A stretch of 64,000 nucleotides of DNA, taken from positions 2,432,001-2,496,000 of the forward strand of contig OY970218.1 in NCBI GenBank assembly GCA_963713975.1, in the 5' to 3' direction. The translations under genes and the position numbers were made by a program. Shown here piece after piece: positions 40,926 through 50,181 of this stretch. The stretch's first letter is position 1. The number at the start of each line of letters is the position of its first letter. This stretch comes from an uncultured Chloroflexia bacterium. GTDB lineage: Bacteria; Chloroflexota; Limnocylindria; Limnocylindrales; CSP1-4. Under the pieces are notes generated by a model that ran no database searches, had not been told where the DNA came from, and saw nothing but the letters and a program-made list of their open reading frames with translations.

Positions 40926-41795
40926 ATGCAGGAGATGCGTGACCGCGCCTGGGGCGCGCAGAGCATGACGGCACCGCTCCGCGAGGTGCTGGTGAAGTCC
41001 CCCGGACCCGCGTTCGCGCGGGCCTTCGAGGATCCGGCGACGGGCTTCCTCAGGCCGGTCGATGCGGAGCGGGCCCGTCGCGAGCACGACGGGCTCATCG
41101 AGATGCTGGATCGCCTGGGCGCTACCGTCCACGTGCTGGACGCGGAGACGGCCGATCCCGACCTCGTCTACGTGTTCGATCCGCTCCTGGTCGCCGACGG
41201 CGGCGCCATCCCGCTCCGTCCCGGCAAGCCGAACCGGGCGGGCGAGCCCGAGGTCCTGGAGACCTGGACCCAGGCCCGCGGGATCCCGACCCTGGGCAGC
41301 ATCGAGGCCCCGGGGACGATCGAAGGGGGCGACACGTTCTGGCTGCGTCCCGACCTGCTGTGCATCGGACGTTCGCTGCGGACCAACGATGCCGGCGCCC
41401 GCCAGCTGGCCGAGATCGTCGGCGGGGACGTACGGGTCTTCGACCTCCCGTACTGGAAGGGGCCCGCGGAGCTCGTGCACCTGCTGTCGGTCATCTCTCC
41501 CGTGGCCGACGACCTCGCCGCCGTGTACCTGCCGCTGCTGCCGGTCGGGCTGTACGAGCTGCTGGCGGATCTGGGCGTGCGCCTGGTGGAGGTCCCGGAC
41601 GAGGAATACCCGACCCTGGGCTGCAACGTGCTCACCGTTCGACCCGGCGTGGTGATCGTGGCCGAGGGCAACGAGGTGACCCGTCGTCGCCTCGAGGCGG
41701 CCGGCTGCGAGGTGCACGCGATCCCGTTGGGCGAGGTGGGGGAGAACGGCTCCGGTGGCGCCACCTGCCTCACGCGCCCCGTGCTCCGCGGATGA
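40926..41795 (+). CDS. Amidinotransferase / arginine deiminase / DDAH (pentein) family hydrolase
   Basis: YVFDP, IEGGD, RTN, HLLS and C-terminal GSGGATCLTRP with the catalytic Cys. Confidence 0.88.
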   Translation: MQEMRDRAWGAQSMTAPLREVLVKSPGPAFARAFEDPATGFLRPVDAERARREHDGLIEMLDRLGATVHVLDAETADPDLVYVFDPLLVADGGAIPLRPGKPNRAGEPEVLETWTQARGIPTLGSIEAPGTIEGGDTFWLRPDLLCIGRSLRTNDAGARQLAEIVGGDVRVFDLPYWKGPAELVHLLSVISPVADDLAAVYLPLLPVGLYELLADLGVRLVEVPDEEYPTLGCNVLTVRPGVVIVAEGNEVTRRRLEAAGCEVHAIPLGEVGENGSGGATCLTRPVLRG

Positions 41796-43075
41796 GGGGC
41801 GCGATCCTCTCGGGGGCCGCGCGCGCGGCTGCCGACGCCGTCGACCCGGCAGCCCTGGCGGAGGCACTCGTGGAGCTGGTGCGCACGCCCAGCATCACCG
41901 GCGACGAGGATTCCGTCCAGGCACAGCTGGCCGACCGCCTGGAGGCGCTGGGCCTGACCGTGGAGGTCTTCCATCCCGATCCCGCCGCGATCCGCTCGGA
42001 CCCGGCCTGGCCGGGCGAGGAGGTGTCGCGGACGTCATTGCCCGTGGTGATCGGCCGCGTGGGCCGGCCCGGCGGGATACGGCTGATCCTCTCGGGTCAC
42101 GTCGATGTCGTTCCCCCCGGCGATCCCGCCACGTGGTCGGGCGACCCGTGGTCCGCGGACATCCGGGACGGCGAGCTCCACGGCCGTGGCAGCTGTGACA
42201 TGAAGGGCGGCGTGACCGCCATCCTGGGTGCGGTCCGGGCCCTCCGCGACACCGGTGCCCTCGAGCGACTGCGGGGCGAGCTGCTGGTGGTCCTCGTCCC
42301 ATCCGAGGAGGATGGTGGGCAGGGCACGCTGGCCGCTATCAGGGCGGGCGCGACGGGCGACCTGTGCGTGATCCCGGAGCCGTCGAACCTGGACGTGGTC
42401 GTCGCGCATGCGGGCGCGATCACCTTCCGCCTGACCGTGCCGGGCAAGGCGGCGCACGCGAGCCGGCGGATGGAGGGGGTGTCCGCGCTCGACAACCTGG
42501 GCGACCTCATCCGCGCCCTCGAGGCCGACGAGACACGCCGCAACGCTGCCGAGACCGACCCGCTCATGACGGATCTCGGCCTCCCGTACCCGACCATCAT
42601 CGGGACCGTCACGGGCGGGGAGTGGGCGTCCACCGTCATGGACCGAGTCGTCGCCGACGGGCGATACGGCGTGCGCCTGGGCCAGGACCCGGACGATGCG
42701 GCGGAGGAGCTGCGCGCGTGCCTCACCGCCGCGTGCGCGGGGCACCCATTCCTGCGCGACCACCCCGCGACCGTCGAGATCGTGGGCGCACGGTTTGCGT
42801 CGGCACATGTGCCGGCAGACCACCCGCTGCCGGCGGGTCTCGCGGCAACCGCTGCGGCCGTGACGGGCAGGCGGCCGGCGCTGCTCGGGGTGCCCTACGG
42901 TGCGGACATGCGCCTGTTCATCGATGCGGGAGACACGCCGTGCGTGATCTTCGGGCCCGGGGACGTGCGACTGGCCCACGGCGCCGATGAGCGTGTCCCG
43001 CTGGCCGAGGTCGAGGCGTGCGCACGGGTGCTCGCGGCCTGGGTGGCGGACGAGCTCGGAGCCGACGTCGCCTGA
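41792..43075 (+). CDS. ArgE/DapE-family (M20) deacylase
   Basis: SGHVDVVP, GRGSCDMKGG, EEDGG, EPS and AHGADE motifs; ATGA overlap with the upstream gene. Confidence 0.9.
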   Translation: MRGAILSGAARAAADAVDPAALAEALVELVRTPSITGDEDSVQAQLADRLEALGLTVEVFHPDPAAIRSDPAWPGEEVSRTSLPVVIGRVGRPGGIRLILSGHVDVVPPGDPATWSGDPWSADIRDGELHGRGSCDMKGGVTAILGAVRALRDTGALERLRGELLVVLVPSEEDGGQGTLAAIRAGATGDLCVIPEPSNLDVVVAHAGAITFRLTVPGKAAHASRRMEGVSALDNLGDLIRALEADETRRNAAETDPLMTDLGLPYPTIIGTVTGGEWASTVMDRVVADGRYGVRLGQDPDDAAEELRACLTAACAGHPFLRDHPATVEIVGARFASAHVPADHPLPAGLAATAAAVTGRRPALLGVPYGADMRLFIDAGDTPCVIFGPGDVRLAHGADERVPLAEVEACARVLAAWVADELGADVA

Positions 43076-43148
43076 CCCGTCCCGCGTCCCGTGCCCTGGC
43101 CGCGGCGCGACCGGGCGTGACCTAGGGCCGCCCATCGTCCACCGCCGC

Positions 43149-43290
43149 CCACGGGCGGCTCTACGGTCGGGTCAACCGACGTTCCACTCGCTGGGCGGCA
43201 CGTTCGTCGCCCCCCGTGACCCTTCCGGCCGACAGACGTGCCGCCGGGCGGCGCATACCGCACCGCACCCGACGGTTGAACCGCCCAGCG
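43149..43290. repeat. Symmetric ~140-bp intergenic element, copy B
   Basis: Homologous to 25087-25214 with identical block and spacer lengths; extra CGCCCAGCG box duplicated at its right flank. Confidence 0.8.
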
Positions 43291-43380
43291 GCCCGCCCAG
43301 CGGCTCACACCACTAGTCACGCCTCGGCTCACGCCACCGCGGAATGCCCCCCGGCCGCGACCGGCGGCCCGCTTCCGGGC

Positions 43381-43995
43381 CTAGCCGAACCGCAGTCCCA
43401 GGGTGGCTGCGATCACCATCGCCTGCGCGGGGTCGATCAGCGCGTCCCTGAGGTCGTTCTGCAGCGGATCCAGGGCGGACAGCTCGCTGCCGCGGAGGTC
43501 CGCGCCGCGGAACGAGGTGCCGCGCAGCAGCGTGCCGGTGAGGTCGCAATCACGCACCGTGGAGCCCTCGAACCGTGCGCCGGTCAGATCCGCCTCGCGA
43601 AGGCGGACGCCACCGAACGATGCCCTCCGCAGGTCTGCTGCGGACAGCCCGACCAGGGACCAGTCGCCGCCCGTGACCCCAAGCAGGTCGAACCCGCATC
43701 GGTCGAACACGCTGCCCACGAGCTTGCAGCCGGCAAACCGGGCGTCGAAGAAGTTGCAGCCGGTGAAGGTGCAGTTCGTGAACGCCGCGTCGACGTGGAT
43801 CGAGGCGTTGAACCGGGCGCCCCTGAAGACGCACCCGCTGAACACCGCCCCGTGCTCCTCGAGGTCTGACATGTCCACGCCGTCGAACAGCACGGCATCG
43901 TGGCGGGACCCGGAGATGGCACGCGGATCCCACGTCGTCGCGTCCACGCTCGAGGTGGTGGCCGGGACCAGTGGCCCGTGCCGGCGAACGGCCAT
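43381..43995 (-). CDS. Pentapeptide repeat protein (MfpA/Qnr-like fold)
   Basis: Tandem [A/C/S][D/N/T/R][F/L]xx repeats: AVFSG CVFRG ARFNA, ADLRR ASFGG, ADLTG ARFEG. Confidence 0.9.
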   Translation of the reverse strand: MAVRRHGPLVPATTSSVDATTWDPRAISGSRHDAVLFDGVDMSDLEEHGAVFSGCVFRGARFNASIHVDAAFTNCTFTGCNFFDARFAGCKLVGSVFDRCGFDLLGVTGGDWSLVGLSAADLRRASFGGVRLREADLTGARFEGSTVRDCDLTGTLLRGTSFRGADLRGSELSALDPLQNDLRDALIDPAQAMVIAATLGLRFG

Positions 43996-44016
43996 CGCGT
44001 TCGGACCCGCCCCCGG

Positions 44017-45315
44017 TCAGGGGAGCGGGACCTCCGCTGCGGCTTCGGCAGCGGCCACCTCGCGGGCGGCGCGGGCCGCATCCTTGCGGTGCGAGCGCAG
44101 GACGATGATCGGGATGACCACGGCTGCCGCCCCCAGGATCCCGAGCGCCGTGTAGCCCACCGCGGCCATGATCAGGCCCGAGCCGAGGCTGGCGGCCGCC
44201 GCCGAGCTCCAGATCAGCGCATCGGCCACGCCCTGGGCGCGCGTGCGCTCGTGGATCTCGAGGTTCTCCGAGAGCATCGCGCTGCCGGCGACGAACCCGA
44301 AGCTCCAGCCGAGCCCCAGCAGGAACAGCCCGAGCATCAGCATGGGACCGCCGTCGGGCGGAGCGAACGCCGCCATCAGGGACGCGATGGCCAGTACCGC
44401 GGTCCCGAGGAAGATCGTCGGCACGCGCCCGAACCGGTCCGACAGCCAGCCCGAGAGCGGCGAGAACGCGAACATGCCGAGCGTGTGACCCGAGAGCACC
44501 ATGCCCACGGCACCGAGATCCGACCCGTGCTCGGTCATGTGGAGCGGCGTCATCGTCATGATCAGGACCATCACGAACTGGCCGACGACGAGGGCCACGA
44601 TCGCCGCCGCCACGGCGGGCCGGCGGAGGATCTCGTGCACGGGAAGGATGACCGCGGGCTCGGCGTCGGGATCCGCACGGGTCGACTCGTCGGCCAGGTC
44701 GTAGGGGTCGGGCCGGAGCCTCACGAACGAGAGCAGTGCCGCGAGGCCCACGAACACGACCGGGACGAGGTACGGGCCTGCGAGCGGCGGCAGCCCGACG
44801 GCCGAGGCCATCTCCGAGGCGATCGGGACGAGCCAGGGTCCCGCGACCGATCCGATGGTCGCGGCCCAGACGACGAGCCCGATCGCGGATGCCCTCCGCT
44901 CCGGCGGGACCATGTCGGCGGCCGTGTAGCGCGAGAGCTGGTTGGCGGCGTTGCCAAAGCCGATGAGGATCGTGCCCAGCAGGAGCAGGGGGAACGAGCG
45001 GGTGATGACCGCGGCCGTCGCGACGAGCGCGCCGAGCACGCCCACGGAGTATCCGGTGACGAGCCCGGTCCGGCGGCCACGGCGGGCCATCAGCGCGGAC
45101 AGGAGTACCGCCCCGAGTGCGGCGCCGAGGACCACGGTGGCACCCGGCGCGCCGGCCCAGGTCTGCGACCCGAGGAGGTCCTTGGCAACGATCGTGGCGA
45201 CGGTGACGGCAGCGATGTGTCCCGTGCTGCCCAGCGCGACGCCGGCGATCAGCGTGTTGCGGGAGCGCCGGCGAGCGCGATCGAGGGCGGCGGGGGACAG
45301 GGTGGCGGCGGTCAT
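44017..45315 (-). CDS. MFS transporter
   Basis: LMARRGRR, SRYTAAD, MTMTPLHM, HTLGMFAFSPLSGWLSDRFGR; about 12 TM segments. Confidence 0.9.
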   Translation of the reverse strand: MTAATLSPAALDRARRRSRNTLIAGVALGSTGHIAAVTVATIVAKDLLGSQTWAGAPGATVVLGAALGAVLLSALMARRGRRTGLVTGYSVGVLGALVATAAVITRSFPLLLLGTILIGFGNAANQLSRYTAADMVPPERRASAIGLVVWAATIGSVAGPWLVPIASEMASAVGLPPLAGPYLVPVVFVGLAALLSFVRLRPDPYDLADESTRADPDAEPAVILPVHEILRRPAVAAAIVALVVGQFVMVLIMTMTPLHMTEHGSDLGAVGMVLSGHTLGMFAFSPLSGWLSDRFGRVPTIFLGTAVLAIASLMAAFAPPDGGPMLMLGLFLLGLGWSFGFVAGSAMLSENLEIHERTRAQGVADALIWSSAAAASLGSGLIMAAVGYTALGILGAAAVVIPIIVLRSHRKDAARAAREVAAAEAAAEVPLP

Positions 45316-45332
45316 GAGATCGCCACGATATG

Positions 45333-48300
45333 TCAGGCGGCACGGGTCGGTCCGGGCGCGCCGGTCGTCGTGGCGCTGGACTCGGCGGCCTCCACGGCCA
45401 GGCACAGGCCGTTCGCGAGCTGCATCTGGCGGGGCGTCTGGCAGCCGACGCGGAGCAGGGCGGGCGAGCAGACCACGGCCGTAACGCATCGTGCTCTCGA
45501 CGTGGCCACGTTGAGGCGGTTGAGCGAGTACAGGAACTCCATGCCGCGGGGAGCGTCCTCGGGCGAGGACGTGCCCATCGCGTAGATGCTCACCGGGCGC
45601 TCCTGGCCCTGGAACTTGTCCACGGTCCCGACGAACGGACCGCGAAGCCCCGCCGCCGCGAAGGCCCGCTCGATGGCCGCGACGTGGGCGTTGTACGGGG
45701 CAACGATGATGATGTCGCCGAGGCGGACCGGGTGTCCGAGGCCCTCCCGGTCGGTCCAGGTGGCGCCTCCCTCCAGCAGGGCCCGCACCAGCTCCACGAC
45801 CGCTGCGGCCTCCTCCGGCGAATCGGTGGCGTTGCCCTCATGGGCGACGGCGACGTGGCGGATCCCCGTCCCCGCCAGGACCGTGTCGCCTCCGGCGCCG
45901 TCTCCGCCACCGTCCACCCGCTGCCGCTCCAGTCCGGGGATCGGGCGCAGGCGGCACTCGTAGAACGCGGCCGACGTGTAGTCGCAGATCTCGGGGTGCA
46001 GCCGCCACGTCTCGCCGAGGAACAGTCCCTCCGAGGGCTCGATGGTGGCGCGGTCGCCCAGGATGTGGCCCAGCGCGCTCCGCTCCGCGCCCGGCGGATG
46101 GCTGCCCTGCGTGGGCTGGTCGAGCTGCTGCGGGTCGCCGAGTAGGACGATGGCGCGGGCGGCGGGCGCGCAGGCCAGGACGTTGGCCAGGCTCATCTGG
46201 CCCGCCTCGTCCACGAACAGGACGTCCAGCACCGGTTCCGGGAGCGCCATCTCGGGGCGGCACCACGTCCACGCCACGGCGCCGACGACGTCCAGCGTCC
46301 CGGTCCGCAGCGCCTGGGCCACCGATGCGTTGTCCGGCACGACGGTCGCACGCGCGCAGGTCGGGTCCTGGCCGCTCTTGGGCTTCTGGCCGATCGCGAC
46401 TGGGCGCTTGATCTCGCCCTTTGCCTGCAGCTCCTTCTCGACCGTGCGCACGGTGTCGAGCAGGTTGCCGATGACCTTGTGGCTGTTCGCGACGACCCCG
46501 ACGCGCTGACCCTCCATCGCGAGCCGCACGATCATGTGGGCGCCCGTGTAGGTCTTGCCCGACCCCGGCGGACCCTGCACGGGGAGGACGCGGCCGGCGA
46601 GGTCGGGTGCGAGGCGGATGGCCGCCTGCAGCGAGGTCTCGCCCTCCGGGACCATGGGTTCACCAGCCGCGATCCCGGGCGGCGTCCGGAGCAGGAGCGC
46701 CCGTGCGGTGCGCAGGTCGGGCAGGCCATCATCGACCGATGGCGACCCCAGCCCCTGGGCGACGACCTGCTCGCCGATGCGCAGCAGGCTCTCCGCGAGG
46801 TCGGTCGTGGGGATCACGCCCTTGGGGACGAGGGCGGTCGGGAGCGGCGTGCCGGCGAGCGCCGGTCCGCGCTTGAGCTCGATCCGGCGGTTCGTCTCGT
46901 CCACAGCCACGACGGACCCCGCCCCCTGGCCCGTGACGGAGTCCGACACGTCGCTGTCGACGTCGATCCGGTGCTCCTGCGGGGGGAACGAGAACGTGTG
47001 GACCAGCGACCGCTTCTCGACGCGCGGCTCGCCGACCGGCACCAGTCCGCCAAGGGGCTCGCGCTCCTCGATCAGCTCCTGGTCCGTCATCCGGACAAGG
47101 GCGAAGTAGCGCCACCACGCGGACTTGTCCTCGCGACGGTGCCAGGCGAGCAGCTGCGCCAGCAGCCACCGGCCGGCGGCGTCGGGGTCCTCCGCACGCT
47201 TCGCAGGATCCGCCGGGACGCCGTCGGTCAGGCGGTCCATCAGCTCGAGGACGTGCCGGTCCCGGTCCGTGAGCTCGCGCGAGGCCGCCCCGTCGTCCAC
47301 GGTGGGGCGGGGGAGCGGCCGGCCCTCACGCGCCTCGAGTTCGGTGCGCCGCACCTCGAGCCAGTCCCGCAGCCGCCAGTTGCTCATCACGTCGTCCCGG
47401 TTGTAGGCGGCGATCCCGTCCAGGATCCTGGCCCCGTCCTCCACCGGCGTGTCCGCACCCAGCTCCAGCCAGGTCTCGAACGCGACGATGCTGCTGCCGG
47501 CATCCTTGAGGTCCTGCTCCCTTGTGAGCGCGTAGAGCGGCTCGATCTTCTTGATGGAGTAGCTCTCCACGCCGGCCCGCAGACCCTGGCGCACGACGCG
47601 GTACAGGTCCACCAGCACCTCGCCGCGCAGGAGGCGGTCCACCTCTTCCTCGCGGGTCCCGTGGCGCTGCGCCAGGCGGCCGAGGGCGGTCCGCTCGTAC
47701 GCCGCGTAGTGGTAGACGTGGAGGTCCGGGTCCCGGGCCCAGCGGTCCATGATCAGGTCGATCGTCGCCTCGAAGGCCGCCTTCTCGGACGCCCAGGTGA
47801 CGCGGTCGTCCTCGTCGAGGCTCCAGGTCGCGTGGAACTTCGGCGTGGGCTCGCCATCGGGTGCAGCCCATCGCTCCTCGTCCTCGGGGATCCGTGGCTC
47901 CAGGATCCCGAACAGGTAGTCCACACCGTCGTCCAGCGCGAACGGGTCGCCCTCGAGGTCCAGGAACAGGTCACCGTCCCGGGGCGCCGGGAGCCCGAGG
48001 AACCCACGCAGCGGCACCGGCTCGCCGTCCTCGCTCCGGTCCAGCGGGAGCAGCTCCCACACGACGCGGCCGGCGTCCTGCGACTCGACCTGGATCCGGG
48101 CCTGCTCGTGGATCCTCGCGAGGGCCTCCCTGCCCACGTTCTCGAGCGGCGGATCCATCGGCAGCGCGAGGCCGGCGAGACCGCGACGGGTACCGACGCC
48201 CCTGGCCTTGAGCGCGCTCCGCTGGCGGGACGCGGCACCCGCGACCAGGCTCAGGTCGTCGTCCGCGCGGCGCCGTGCCTTGCACTGCGGGGCCCAGCGG

Positions 48301-49058
48301 CAGACGTCGCAGTGCTCCACGGGCTCCGGGTACGTGCCGACAGGCGGGTACGCGGGCGCCGACGCGCCATCGCCGCGCACCCCGACGGCCTCCTCGAACT
48401 CCCGCTTGACCCGCCGGTAGTACGCCACGAAGTCGTCCACGCGTCGGCGATCGGTGGGTCGCGCGCTGCCACCGAGCACGACGTACAGGTACTCCGGCTG
48501 CCGCCGCTGGATGACGGTGAGCTGCTCCACATACGAGCAGATCTGCAGGATCGCGGAGGCCTTCACGTGCCGGGCGAGCTTGGTGTCCGCGACCTCGTAG
48601 TGCCACGGCCCGAAGGCGCTGTCCGGCTCGCCGGGGGCGTGGTCCCGCCGGAGCAGGAAGTCCGCGTGGCCGCGCCAGGTCCCGTCGAAGAACGTCGCCT
48701 GGTAGATGACGTCAGCACCGCCCTGCATGGCCGCCAGGGTCTGCGCGGCGGCGGCGCGGAGCTCGGCGCCAGGGTTGCGGGGGGCCGGGGCCCCATCGGC
48801 GACCCCGATCGGCGCCACCGCGGACCCGTCCTTCTCGATCTCCACCACGGTCCGGCCATCTGACCGGAGGTCAGCGAGGTAGCGCGCCTCGTGCTCCAGG
48901 CCGCGCTTGGCGATGAGGTCGATGGTGGGATCGTTGCGGACCGGCTTGGCCACGAGGCCGTGCAACGCCGCCCGCTCGAGGGCGAGCCGGTGCCCGCAGG
49001 CGAGGAAGCCCACGAGGTCCGTGGCGGCGAAGACGGGACGTCCGTCGATCTGCTGCAT
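45333..49058 (-). CDS. TM0106-family RecB-like nuclease fused to RNase H-like and SF1 helicase domains
   Basis: GHADFL...EVADTK nuclease motif; FLDLEGDP and YSIKKIE RNase H-like motifs; QGPPGSGKT, VDEAGQ, GDPQQL, GTVDKFQGQE and NRLNVATSRA helicase motifs. Confidence 0.92.
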   Translation of the reverse strand: MQQIDGRPVFAATDLVGFLACGHRLALERAALHGLVAKPVRNDPTIDLIAKRGLEHEARYLADLRSDGRTVVEIEKDGSAVAPIGVADGAPAPRNPGAELRAAAAQTLAAMQGGADVIYQATFFDGTWRGHADFLLRRDHAPGEPDSAFGPWHYEVADTKLARHVKASAILQICSYVEQLTVIQRRQPEYLYVVLGGSARPTDRRRVDDFVAYYRRVKREFEEAVGVRGDGASAPAYPPVGTYPEPVEHCDVCRWAPQCKARRRADDDLSLVAGAASRQRSALKARGVGTRRGLAGLALPMDPPLENVGREALARIHEQARIQVESQDAGRVVWELLPLDRSEDGEPVPLRGFLGLPAPRDGDLFLDLEGDPFALDDGVDYLFGILEPRIPEDEERWAAPDGEPTPKFHATWSLDEDDRVTWASEKAAFEATIDLIMDRWARDPDLHVYHYAAYERTALGRLAQRHGTREEEVDRLLRGEVLVDLYRVVRQGLRAGVESYSIKKIEPLYALTREQDLKDAGSSIVAFETWLELGADTPVEDGARILDGIAAYNRDDVMSNWRLRDWLEVRRTELEAREGRPLPRPTVDDGAASRELTDRDRHVLELMDRLTDGVPADPAKRAEDPDAAGRWLLAQLLAWHRREDKSAWWRYFALVRMTDQELIEEREPLGGLVPVGEPRVEKRSLVHTFSFPPQEHRIDVDSDVSDSVTGQGAGSVVAVDETNRRIELKRGPALAGTPLPTALVPKGVIPTTDLAESLLRIGEQVVAQGLGSPSVDDGLPDLRTARALLLRTPPGIAAGEPMVPEGETSLQAAIRLAPDLAGRVLPVQGPPGSGKTYTGAHMIVRLAMEGQRVGVVANSHKVIGNLLDTVRTVEKELQAKGEIKRPVAIGQKPKSGQDPTCARATVVPDNASVAQALRTGTLDVVGAVAWTWCRPEMALPEPVLDVLFVDEAGQMSLANVLACAPAARAIVLLGDPQQLDQPTQGSHPPGAERSALGHILGDRATIEPSEGLFLGETWRLHPEICDYTSAAFYECRLRPIPGLERQRVDGGGDGAGGDTVLAGTGIRHVAVAHEGNATDSPEEAAAVVELVRALLEGGATWTDREGLGHPVRLGDIIIVAPYNAHVAAIERAFAAAGLRGPFVGTVDKFQGQERPVSIYAMGTSSPEDAPRGMEFLYSLNRLNVATSRARCVTAVVCSPALLRVGCQTPRQMQLANGLCLAVEAAESSATTTGAPGPTRAA

Positions 49059-49134
49059 CGCGGGCCATCGTACGGGGGCCGCGTGCCATCTTGCCTGTCA
49101 CGACGGCGCGACCGTCCTGCCCTAGACTCCGCCC

Positions 49135-49623
49135 GTGGAGTCCCAGCCCAAGCCCCCCAACCGCATCGACGAGCATGGCCGGCGCCAGGTCGCGCCCACC
49201 TGGGAGAGCCTCATCGATCGCCAGATCCGCGATGCGATGGCCGAAGGCAAGTTCGACGACCTGCCCTACCAGGGGCAGCCGCTCCCGGCCGTGGACGACG
49301 GATATGCGGGCGAGTGGGCGATGGCGTTCCGGATGCTGAGGAACGCGGGCGTGGCGCCGCCGTGGATCGAGGCCGACAAGGAGATCCGCGGCCGCCTGGA
49401 CCGGCGCGATGCCATCGTTGCCCGCGCCGCGACGGCCTCGCCCGGGAACCTGCCCCGGCTGCGCGAGGAGCTGGAACGCGCCGTCATCGAGATCAACGCC
49501 GCCATCGCCCGCCTCAACGCGGAGGCGCCGACGGACCGCCAGCATCGGCGGCCCCTGGTGCTCGCCGACGAGCTGGCGCGCCTCGACGCCGGGCGCCCGG
49601 ACGCGGGCCATCCGGGACGATGA
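49135..49623 (+). CDS. DUF1992 (DnaJ C28 conserved domain) protein
   Basis: ESLIDRQIRDAMAEGKFDDLPYQGQPL...MLRNAGVAPPWIE. Confidence 0.85.
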   Translation: MESQPKPPNRIDEHGRRQVAPTWESLIDRQIRDAMAEGKFDDLPYQGQPLPAVDDGYAGEWAMAFRMLRNAGVAPPWIEADKEIRGRLDRRDAIVARAATASPGNLPRLREELERAVIEINAAIARLNAEAPTDRQHRRPLVLADELARLDAGRPDAGHPGR

Positions 49624-50153
49624 CGGACGTCACGGCCCGGCGCGCCGTCACGGTGCGCCGGGCGACCCCGTCGCACGCGCCGGCCATCCGCGAGATCGCC
49701 CATGCGGCCTGGCGCGAGACGTACCGGGACATGCTCCTCGCGGAAACCATCGAGTGGTTCATCGAGCGCGCCTACTCCGAGGAGCGGGTCGCGTTGCGCA
49801 TCGAGCGCCACGAGACTTGGGTGGCGGGACAGGACGGCGAGGTCGCAGCCTTCGCGGAGAGCGCCATCGAGCCCGACCGGGTGACGCTGGTTGCGATCTA
49901 CGCGCAGCCGGGGCGGCTGGGACAGGGGCTGGGAAGCGCGCTGCTGCGCGCGGTCGTGACGGCGCACCCGGACCTGCCGATCGTGGCCGACGTGCTGGCC
50001 GGCAACCGGGCGGGCGAGTCGTTCTACGAGGCCCGCGGCTTCGAGCCCCGGGAGCGGTTCGACGAGCAGCTCGGGTCGGAGCTCGTCCACGAGCGGCGCT
50101 GGTGGCGTCCGGCCGTCGCGGGACCCGAGGCGTCCTCGGCCGGTCAGGGGTAG
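49620..50153 (+). CDS. GNAT N-acetyltransferase
   Basis: GQGLGSALL motif A; N..G..FYEARGF; ATGA overlap. Confidence 0.88.
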   Translation: MTDVTARRAVTVRRATPSHAPAIREIAHAAWRETYRDMLLAETIEWFIERAYSEERVALRIERHETWVAGQDGEVAAFAESAIEPDRVTLVAIYAQPGRLGQGLGSALLRAVVTAHPDLPIVADVLAGNRAGESFYEARGFEPRERFDEQLGSELVHERRWWRPAVAGPEASSAGQG

Positions 50154-50181
50154 CGCCCGCCGTCAGCTTCCCCGGATGCGC

